Source of the DNA: Tubulanus polymorphus
Taxonomy: Eukaryota; Animalia; Nemertea
Reading direction: 5' to 3'
Assembly: GCF_964204645.1 (NCBI RefSeq)
Contig: NC_134031.1
Span: forward strand, 17,533,807 to 17,597,806
DNA: 64,000 nucleotides
The stretch's first letter is position 1. Every line of letters starts with the position of its first letter. Position numbers and translations under genes: made by a program. Shown piece after piece: positions 28,553 through 42,328 of the stretch. Below the pieces are notes generated by a model. It did no database searches. It saw nothing but the letters and a program-made list of their open reading frames with translations, and had not been told where the DNA came from.

Positions 28553-29028
28553 GACGATTGCGACCTTTTTTTATCGGTCTTCGTCTGAAGCGCCTGACTG
28601 TGTTCTCGAATGTGTGAAATATATTTGATTGTTTTAAAAGCGCATAGGATGATTGCGACCTCGATGACGGAGGTCTTCTCCTGTGCGAATACTTACAAAC
28701 GTTGAAATGATTGCGACTATTTCGAGGTCTTCATTTCACTAACGATGTACATATTAATCAATAGCTCTCACTACTACTAACTCCGCCGGTGTTCGGCGTA
28801 TTTCCGGATTTTTTCTGAAGCGATTGCGACCCCTTCGGGTCTTCGCGCATCAGTCGTCGAATCCGAAGTTATTACCGAAGTTCCGAGGCGATTGCGACTT
28901 CGGGCGATTGTCCGAGGTCTTCGTCTCTTCGTGGCGTAAAGCTTTTCTCACGCCGCGACGCCATCTATCGCGAAAGATCTATAACTCCGAACGATTGCGA
29001 TTTCGTTGCCATCGAAATCTTCGCTTGG
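28553..29028 (+). promoter_or_regulatory. Array of six structurally conserved RNA stem-loops (GA-UUGC-GA / UC-U-UC internal loop) in the probable extended GIGYF 3'UTR
   Basis: GATTGCGA with UUGC starting at 28558, 28653, 28711, 28824, 28892 and 28995, each followed after a self-complementary arm by TCTTC. Flanking stems differ in sequence but stay complementary, with G-U pairs on the + strand. Confidence 0.8.
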
Positions 29029-31762
29029 TACGCGAGAAAAAACTTCCTCGCGGAAAAGAAGTGTGCGTACTTATATTGTAAATTTGGAAGTCTGTTATGT
29101 GGCGATTGTGTGTTGGAAGTTATGCATTCTCAGCCTACGCAGGGTACTCGTGAATTACACGACCAATACGACCCCCATTTCTACTGAAGTGGCTTAGATA
29201 TGATACACTTGGAATTGAATTTGTTGATTTTCGAATGTTAACATTCATAGATTCAAATTTTATCCCACAACATGGAATTGGGCTTTGGTCACTTAGTTAT
29301 TGCTCATTTCATACATGTGTATTAACATTTCCTCCACATTTCAAGATGAATATTTGCTATCAATCACTTTGGACTTCAGATTAGAATGATTACTATAGTT
29401 ATATCATAGTCGAGTTATTTTTTTGCCAAACTTGGTCATAACAAACTTTCTAGCCCCAGAATATTTTGGCAGAAGTTTTCATTTATTTCTTGAACGTATA
29501 TTGGGTATGTCTTAATTTCCTCGTAATGTTATCGAGTTCTAATCAAAATTTTAAGATCGAAACAAGTTAAGTGTTCATTGTCTGGCTTGTTGACTTTTCG
29601 CGTTGAGGACCACTTCGTAACCCTTTCGGTGTTGATTAATTGATACCCAAAAGTGCTGGAGATTTTGAATTTAAAAGAATTCCACCCATGTTGATTAACG
29701 GGCATGCCATCTACACCGCGGCTCTGTGTATCATTAGTTACTAATGCTTCACTATGTTTGACAGGTGTTGCCATTTTTCAATGGAGATTAAGCTAATTAC
29801 TTGAAACATCAGTACACCGCGATGCTGTGTACTAGCAAAATCCATCACTGATTTGTACGTCGCACTGTAAGGGTTACGATCGAGTAGACTAATCGGAAAT
29901 GAACTATGTTCAGTTCTGGGACCGAGTTCTGGAAATTGCTTGGGATTGTGAAACAAACTGCTCAATCCCATTCAGTGCTGCAGGTCTCTTGAATTGTGGT
30001 AGGCTTCCGAACTGCGATGGCTGTTAATGTAATTATTACAGATCTGTTTGATACGTATGATTGATAATAATGAAGAATTGTTGACCTATTTACTTCAGTT
30101 TTAAGAGGTTCTTTTTTTACAAAAATCTGAATAAATCGGAAAATAATGAATATTTGAAAGCTGTTCCATAGAATTTCATCAGAACAGTTCGAAAATGTAA
30201 TGAAGCTGTGTACAAAAAAGTGAAATGTATAAAATAAAGATAAATTGATTTAACATTGATTTCGAGTCTAATTACTGCGGGATTTTTCTTGTTATGGTTT
30301 ATGGAAATTTCTTCCATCTCTGAAAGCAGAATTCCTTCTACTGAGAATATTCAGTCTTCCAGAAGACCACAAGGACCAACACACCATTAATTATAATCAG
30401 TATTTTACTAACGCAGTAGTTTGCACTTTTCTCTGATCTCATGGGACCGATAAATTTCAATTACGGTATGTCATTGTCATGCACTAGGACATGTTTATTG
30501 CTCAGTTGCGTGTTTGACTTAATCAACACCCAAGGGAGTATCCACATTACCAATACTGACTAATATTTTTCAGATAATCTGTATTCAATAAGTAGCGCTT
30601 TCTGACATTGTTGTGAAAATTAAGCACAAATCGAAGCCTTTATTTCTTTTTCCAAAAAGTAGCACTCAAGACATATGACAAACCATGGATAGGTTTCAGT
30701 GACTATCCACCCGTTCCTTTCTAAATTTATCTTCACTAGACTGCATGCTGTATAGCAGAACTACTGTCATTCCTCGCCAAGTGAAGAAAAACAAAAGTTT
30801 AACAGGAATCACCCATGTTTATTTTACATTGACTTATATTTATATACTTTACATATTACATGTACAAACACAGTTCACTATGTATAGATAGATATATCAT
30901 TAAATAGGTAGCCTTTACTTATATTACAGCAGATGCTTGAGATAGTTCTAAGACCTTTCGGGCAGAAGGTTCCAGAATAATTTTGTTCCATCCGCTGCTA
31001 GAAGGCTCGTAGAAGAGAAACCAAACAATTGAATATCTCGATGAACAACTGAGTACAAGTACTGACAAGGATGAAGCGTAAATCAGCCCTAGGGCAACTG
31101 GGTTTGTAAGAGGCGGTAAGGTAAACCAAAAAGCACAAAATCGAATACAAATCCAATTGCAATCATTATATCTCATATTCTACCAACTGATCAAAGTATC
31201 GTTTATATTTCTATACGTCATATAGTTTCAACTAACATAGATTTACGATTGAACTAAATATGAGTTAAAACCCAGTTCACAACTATTTTAACTGGAAACT
31301 GGCTTTCATTATCATTTTTATTATGTATATTATATTTCATATCTTTAAGTAACGAGGTGCTTATGGGTATATGGAGATAATTGCATGGTTTGAAGGCAGT
31401 TTTCATTCGTTAGATTATGAGCACTATGAATTATTTAAGAAAGGACCCGCACTTTCGATGAATGATGGTAATCACCTGGTCAGTTAAGGGATGATGTACT
31501 ACACAATACATTTTCAGCAAGAGAGAAACATCAGACACAATAATTTTTTTCAAGTCACATCAGCACACAGAATCGTCGCGTCCGCCAGAGGGTGAAAAAT
31601 CCGGCGAAAAAATGCTACATAAGTCATGTCAAATCTGAAGTTGTTTCTTATCACCTGCACAAACCAATTTAGAATACGACTGTTGTTTCTATATCTAACA
31701 TCATTGTTGGGTTTTTTAAAGTTCTGTCTCTCTCACTCGCGGTGTCCGAGCAACTCCCGACA

Positions 31763-35386
<3,624 letters not shown>

Positions 35387-36488
35387 TCATAACAAACTGA
35401 AAAATATCATCATCAATCAAGCTATAAATAAAAATAAAGATTCTTTTTTTGGTCCGACTGCAGTTCAGTGTACCCTATTATATAAGGGTTATGGTTAGGT
35501 TAGGTACATAATCATAACGCCTAAACAAAACTGGAGTCACTTTTTTAACTTTTCCAGTCTCAAGTTGCGATGATGGTATCAAATTTGAATGAGGATGAAG
35601 AGCAATTAAAAAATGTCTATTTGCCGGAAAAGTTTAGTCTATTTCGGACAGTGATGAGTGAATAGGCATATTCACCATGACCTATCCTGACCTAGCATTT
35701 ACCAAAATGAATTGTGAATAATTGTTGCGGTGGTTTAAATTGGTTTGTTTGTGGGGTGGGCGGTTTAATCGATCGATCGATGACTTGACGCGCCGACGGA
35801 TTCGATTTTTCTAAATTCTATACTATTGATTTATGTGAAGGCCATTTAAATATGATTTATTTTAACCGCAATAAATACAAAAACTGCTAACAGTTGGTGA
35901 TGCATTCATAATGCAACAAATACTCATGTTTCTACTTCATTAACGGAATAGATCGCGCAGCAACCTTACCAAGATTAAAAGGGGAGTTTTCAGTGCTAGT
36001 AATCCAATCCGGAGCAATAATGGCCGATTTCCGCATTCACTTGCCAGTGTAGTAATTGCCGATAGACGGTTTGCTCCGGATACAGTTACTCACCTGCCAG
36101 AGCACGAGTACTCGCGAGCGTTACATACTATGCCGGGTTTGCTCCAGTACGTTCATATCATCCCAAATGTAATAAAGGTCAGGACCAATATGTGCATAAA
36201 CCACATCCAAAAATTGACCTAGATTTTGTTTGTAAGATTTGTTATTTTTCTTGTGAAATAGAATCAAGCGTTGTTACGTGTAATGTCTATCACGTTATTT
36301 CCTTGAAATGTTTACTAATATCTTTGTATTGATAAGATAACCTGCGCTTCTTATCTTATTTTATGTATACGCATTTGGAACGAAATAGCTAGAGGTGTTT
36401 GTTTGGGAGAACTCATTATCGACCCAGCTACCGAATTATAAACATTGGATATTTCGAATCTGAAATCTTAAAAAGGTTTGTCGCAGAG

Positions 36489-37703
36489 ATGGCTCAATTG
36501 TGGACATCACTGTTACTCATTATTTCTTCGGTTCCCATCGTATCCTCAGCAATGTCACTACCTGTGCTTTATGTTGAGGGAACGCACTACGAAGTGGCTC
36601 GCGAGATAGGAACAACTTTCAAAGAGCGAATTCTCGAATTCTATCGCCTCAACGAAGACCTGAAAGCAGTTCTAATACCATTCGTTGCCACGAAAAGAGG
36701 TAAACAGATCTATACCGATTACGTTAAAACAGTGAACGCCACCTATCCGCAATATCTGGATGAAATGCGGGGTATCTCGGACGCGACGGGTATCCCGTTT
36801 CTTCACGTATTCGTTTCGCATATGGCCGCCGAAATCGAGGCATTCATGGCGTTAGAACCGCTTGACGATTGTAGCGATGTCCACATCGTCAACTCGCATC
36901 TGACGATGATCGCTCACAACGAAGATACAAATCCGCTGATAAAAGATCGTGGCTACGTCATTAGTGCCAAGATAAAGAACGTTAACCCGCGTGGGTTACT
37001 TACCGTCGCGGAAGAACGATTTACGGCTTATTCGTACCCAGGATATCTTCAGGGTAACACTTTCGCTTTTACCGGTACTGGTTTAGTTCTAACTGCTAAC
37101 GCTCTGTATCCAAAATATCCGAAAACCGGACGCAAAATTCCTCGTTATGTATTGAATAGAGCAATTCTATCAGCTCAAAATATCGTAGATTTGGAAAGAA
37201 TTCTGAAGAATGTGAATTATGGTTGCGCATTCGGTTTCAGCGTCAATGCAGCTGACTTTTCTAAATTGCCGGTCACCGCTACATATAATTACGAAGTTGC
37301 GCCATCAGACGAAGCGAAATCCATAGTCAGCAAGATTACGATCCGACCTGAAAGGGCTCGTGCTAGCAGAAGTACGAATATCGGATACTATTACCATTTC
37401 AACATGTACGACCATTACCAAATCGAACAAAACCCGAAATCGATCACAAGTTCGCAACATCGCAAAGCACGCGCGTTTAGACTACCAGTTCCTCGTAGCG
37501 ATGACGACGCCCGGGTCATACTGGGAGACACGCTCGATAGAAAGTACCCTATTTACCGGACACCCCGACCAACCGATCCTGGGTGTACTGTAGCGACTGG
37601 AGAGTTTGACTTGACCAATTGCAAGCTGTCGATTTATAAAAGCAATCCTAAAACCACCAAGATACCGTTGGTCCAGATAGAAATACCTTGCAACAACACT
37701 TGA
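36489..37703 (+). CDS. Secreted peptidase C45 / Ntn-hydrolase (Tan, acyl-CoA:6-APA acyltransferase-like), intronless CDS
   Basis: Signal-like MAQLWTSLLLIISSVPIVSSA; GTHYEVAREIG, YPQYLDEMRGISDATG, autoproteolytic Cys in DD-CSDV, AHNED, YPGYLQGNTF, PRYVLNRAIL, ILGDT..YPIYR. Confidence 0.88.
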   Translation: MAQLWTSLLLIISSVPIVSSAMSLPVLYVEGTHYEVAREIGTTFKERILEFYRLNEDLKAVLIPFVATKRGKQIYTDYVKTVNATYPQYLDEMRGISDATGIPFLHVFVSHMAAEIEAFMALEPLDDCSDVHIVNSHLTMIAHNEDTNPLIKDRGYVISAKIKNVNPRGLLTVAEERFTAYSYPGYLQGNTFAFTGTGLVLTANALYPKYPKTGRKIPRYVLNRAILSAQNIVDLERILKNVNYGCAFGFSVNAADFSKLPVTATYNYEVAPSDEAKSIVSKITIRPERARASRSTNIGYYYHFNMYDHYQIEQNPKSITSSQHRKARAFRLPVPRSDDDARVILGDTLDRKYPIYRTPRPTDPGCTVATGEFDLTNCKLSIYKSNPKTTKIPLVQIEIPCNNT

Positions 37704-38021
37704 AACCGAGATCGTATACAAAAAGACGTTGTATATGACACGATGAGCATTTTATTGAAGCATATAAATATGATAAACTGACGAATGATCAGCAGAGAGC
37801 AATTTTATAGTGCATGGTTTCGTGTGCAGACTAAACCATTTTCTATCTACTTTGAATTAAAAAGTAGTGTTAATAGCGTATATACATTTACGTTATTTAC
37901 TTGATTATCTAAATCAGTAGCTGATGGCTGTTTATTCCGTGACAATCAGAGAAGTGGTCAAATTCATTTCTTATGACACACACACACACATATCTAAAAG
38001 ATAAGCTCTGAATTTTCGCGT

Positions 38022-40463
38022 TTACAGTTCACAGTATTTCACCGGCACGCACGGCTCTACTTCGTTTATGATTCCGATGAAAGTTTCCCAGACTTTCTGA
38101 TTAGTCGCAGCAAAACAGACAGTTCCTCCACCCCTATACTTCTGTGACTCCTAAAATACATACAACCAAAGCAAAGGCTTTAAGTATCGAATGTTAGTTT
38201 TTCGATAAATTTATTATACAAATTTTGTTTAGGTCGCAAGGTTGATAGATAATTACCATTCTGTTCAGGTCTCCGATGCATACGTAACCACCCTTACTGG
38301 TTTTAGTAGGTGTCACCGCCCATTTTGAATGGTCCTTAGAATACCTGAATTGATGGTTCCCAATCTTAATCGATATGACATTAAAAACCTGTAAGATATT
38401 GAAAGGAATAATATCTGCATTTTGTGACGATTTTCACCGATGTTTTGTGAACCACGAAGCCATTCGTTATAGTTAATTGCATCGATCAGATTGATATGTA
38501 TATAATCAGAGTCCTGTTCAAATAGTTTTGCAAAAGTAAAACGTATATACATTAAATGGTTGATAATAACGTCACGTATTCTTGATTCCTATTTTTGTTA
38601 TTGTAGGAATTTCATTTTTTCTAAGATGTATAATTTTGAAGCAATGAAATGAAAATGAAACGAGGACTGACTTTGTAATCTTTGTCACATTTGGACGATT
38701 CCAATTTTCCACCGGCTCCTATTCTCCAGGTTTCAACGTTCAAGTTAGATTGTAGTTTCGGCGCTACAATGTCCTCGTACAAATCTGGAAATATTCAATC
38801 AATGATTGTCGTTTATTTGATAATCCTGTAATCATTTGCAAGTTACGTTATATGAAAAAAGATGGCAAACCTGCAACGACGTCGCTTCCCTTCGAAAAGG
38901 CACAGAATGACTGCCCGTCAATAGATGTCAATACAGTTTCGTCACAACAAAATTCATCGTTAATTTTTTTCGCGCGGTTCAAGGCGTTAGGGAACAGGAA
39001 AGGGTATTTCGGCGGGACGTTTATGCCATATATGCCTGCCTTGGTCACGTTCAACATCTTCTCTTTTAAAAAAGATGAATATAAAACTTATTTGTCATTT
39101 TGAAATTAGCAATCAGGGCAAATACCTAGCATTTGAATTTTGAGGGGACATAGATACCCGTTAAAGGGTAGTTTAGGATATAACAATAATATCTGCAAAA
39201 CGGCACTTTTCCAAAACTAAATACGGCCCTGGCAATATACGAGCATATGTTAGATACGTAGGTCATTTGTTTGAGTATTATCTTATGCACGACTCTATAT
39301 CTTTACCATCATTAGAAAAGTAAAAAGCTAATTCGAATCAGTAATACCTATGCTTGCAAATTGACTGTGATTCATCGAAATGCACAACATTATTTGCCCG
39401 TTTATGGCGGCGGTCGCGGGATACGAATACGTTTTCGTGTTCGGAAAGTTCGGTACGCTATGGACCAATAGAAAACCAGTCTCTGAATCATACGCTACAA
39501 CACCTTGAAAGTTGAAATAACAATTTTATTTCAAGGGTTCATCCTATCAAAGAACTGTTTACGAAAAAAAAAAACAATCGTCAAACTCATCGTGATTAAA
39601 GAATATTCTTCTGAGTCGAAGCATGGTGGTGGTGCACCTCCTTGATTTCAGGTAACAAAGGCTCGAGTTGTACGTAAAATACGTGCCTTTTTGGTGTGCA
39701 TGTTCGTCATTTCCGTCTAACTTTGATTTTTTCTGATCGTTATACATCATCCAATGTATGTCCTCAATAAAAGATAATTCTTAATGAGATTCTGAATTAT
39801 GCTTAAATTATGCTTACGAAAAAGGTAGAATATATTATTAAACATACATCACTTTACTGTATTTGCAATAATTTCTTACATTTGAGTTCAGGTATATTTG
39901 TTGAAGCGTGTACCCGACTGGTTGCTGGAGTCTGTTTATCAGCGTTTCGGACAACCTGAACTGATTCGAGACACTATCCATGTAATAGAAGTCATATCCG
40001 TCGTCTTTTGCGCTACTTTTCGAAACGGAATTTATTGGCATTTTGTAGACTATAAACCTATCAGAAGATCGCAAGGAAAATATCAGCACCTCTATCATTC
40101 ATTGTCTAGCAACACAATAGTTATCATTTCAAATCAACTCTTGTTCGCTTCTCATGAAAAGGCGAGATGACTCCAACTTCATATTATAGGGTATACCGCT
40201 TGGGTTCAGTTGGTGATTGAAGTGATAAAAGTCTGTAATGACGGTTCTGTTTCAGAAAGTGATCAATAAAATTATTCCAATACTTATATCGTTACCTCAG
40301 AAAATGGCCATTTTTAAAAATAGTTCATACATTAACATACATACCAATCTACAGTGTCGTTGTTCCGGTCTCTACATGTTACATTCTTGGTTTTTAAACC
40401 GTGTACGAAAACTAAGTAAAAGAAAAGGACGCAAATCCCGGCAACGATTGTCAACAGCCTCAT
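38022..40463 (-). CDS. DNASE2: Deoxyribonuclease II / plancitoxin-like, copy A (8 exons)
   Basis: Exons ~40463-40345, 40057-39880, ~39762-39687, 39503-39348, 39062-38871, 38784-38672, 38388-38257, 38150-38022. Signal peptide MRLLTIVAGICVLFFYLVFVHG; VDWFIVYKMP; HAHQKGVVAYD..GFLLVHSVPNFP; KDHSKWAV; CIGDLNRMESQKYRGGGTVC. Confidence 0.92.
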
Positions 40464-40599
40464 CGCGATACCAGCCGATAGACGCACAACCGATGACAGG
40501 GATATATTTTAGCATGATGTTTATATATCCCGTTTAAACTTCCTTGTGCAACGTGGACATGATTTTTTTTTTAGTCACCTGATATTCATACTGACGATA

Positions 40600-41203
40600 A
40601 AAGCAAATTATCAATAAAAGCTGTTTTATAGTTTATTCAATTGTTTCGGGTATAGACTAAACCATTTTCTGAGTACTTTGAATTAAAAAGTAGAAATACC
40701 GTTATTATACTAATATTTATTACTAAACATACATCACTGAATTTTCAATTATTCCTTACATTCGAGTTAAGGTATATTTGTTGAATCGTGTACCCGACAT
40801 TGGCATTTCGTACTATAAACCTATCACCTCTATAATTCATTGACAAGCAACACAATAATTATCATTTCAAATCAACTCTTGTTCGCTTCTCATGAACAGG
40901 CGAGATGACTCCAACTTCATATTATAGGGTATACCGCTTGGGTTATCAGTTGGTGATAGAAGTGATAGAAGTCTGTAGTGACGGTTCTGTTTCAGAAAGC
41001 GATCAATGAAATCGTTCCAATACTTATATCAGTATCTCAGAAACTGGCCATTTTCAAAAATAGTTCATACATTTACATACATACCAATCTACAGGGTCGT
41101 TGTTCCGATTTCTACATCTTACATTCTTGGTTTTTGCACCGTGTACGAAAACTAAGTAAAAGAAAAGGACGCAAATCCCGGCAACAATTGTCAACAGCCT
41201 CAT
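40600..41203 (-). pseudogene. Internally deleted DNase II copy
   Basis: Intact exon 1 (41203-41085) and intron 1, exon 2 collapsed by an internal deletion (~40760-40820), then directly a fragment matching the DNase II 3' flank (AGACTAAACCATTTTCT...CTTTGAATTAAAAAGTAG ~40654-40693); exons 3-8 absent. Confidence 0.8.
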
Positions 41204-41309
41204 CGTGGCTATAGTCAAACAGTTCCCAGCGGACAGACACACAACCGATGATAGGGATATGTTTTGTCATGCCGGTGTTTATCCCGCTAAAACTTCCTTG
41301 TGCACTTAA

Positions 41310-42007
41310 GAAGAACGATTTACGGCTTATTCGTACCCAGGATATCTTCAAGGTAACACTGCCTTTTGCTTTTACCGGTACTGGTTTAGTTCTAAACTGC
41401 TAACGCTCTGTATCCAAAATACCCGAAAACCGGACGCAAAATTCCTCGTTATGTGTTGAATAGAGCAATTCTATCAGCTCAAAATATCGTAGATTTGGAA
41501 AGAATTCTGAAGAATGTGAATTATGGTTGCGCATTCGGTTTCAGCGTCAATGCAGCTGACTTTTCTAAATTGCCGGTCACCGCTACATATAATTACGAAG
41601 TTGCGCCATCAGACGAAGCGAAATCCATAGTCAGCAAGATTACGATCCGACCTGAAAGGACTCGTGCTAGCAGAAGTACGAATATCGGATACTATTACCA
41701 TTTCAACATGTACGACCATTACCAAATCGAACAAAACCCGAAATCGATCACAAGTTCGCAACATCGCAAAGCACGCGCGTTTAGACTACCAGTTCCTCGT
41801 AGCGATGACGACGCCCGGGTCATACTGGGAGACACGCTCGATAGAAAGTACCCTATTTACCGGACACCCCGACCAACCGATCCTGGGTGTACTGTAGCGA
41901 CTGGAGAGTTTGACTTGACCAATTGCAAGCTGTCGATTTATAAAAGCAATCCTAAAACCACCAAGATACCGTTGGTCCAGATAGAAATACCTTGCAACAA
42001 CACTTGA
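41310..42007 (+). pseudogene. 5'-truncated duplicate of the C45 peptidase
   Basis: Matches 37011-37703; lacks signal peptide, catalytic Cys and HNED; small insertions near 41361-41370 and 41395 break the frame. Confidence 0.85.
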
Positions 42008-42328
42008 AACCGAGATCGTATACAAAAAGACGTTGTATAGGACACGATGAGCATTTTATTGAAGCATATAAATATGATAAACTGACGAATGATCAGCAGA
42101 GAGCAATTTTATAGTGCATGGTTTCGTGTGCAGACTAAACCATTTTCTATCTACTTTGAATTAAAAAGTAGTGTTAATAGCGTATTTTGAATTAAAAAGT
42201 AGTGTTAATAGCGTATATACATTTACGTTATTTACTTGATTATCTAAATAAGTAGCTGATGGCTGTTTATTCCGTGACAATCAGAGAAGTGGTCAAATTC
42301 ATTTCTTATGACACACACACACACATAT

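Noticed and set aside
28553-29028. Hairpin array read as iron-responsive elements, SECIS, miR-7 GY boxes, pre-miRNAs or a CRISPR-like array
   Set aside because: The UGC bulge recalls the ferritin IRE but no unit has a CAGUGN loop. There is no AUGA/GA quartet. GTCTTC is never followed by C, so there is no miR-7 seed match. Stems are too short for pre-miRNA. Units are not identical direct repeats and the DNA is eukaryotic.
28824-29197. ORFs 28824-29081 and 29006-29197
   Set aside because: Non-ATG starts, no recognisable protein or splice context; explained by the GC-rich structured UTR segment.
36399-36488. N-terminal 30-aa extension of the C45 ORF in the ORF track
   Set aside because: Starts at TTG; the ATG at 36489 directly precedes the signal peptide.
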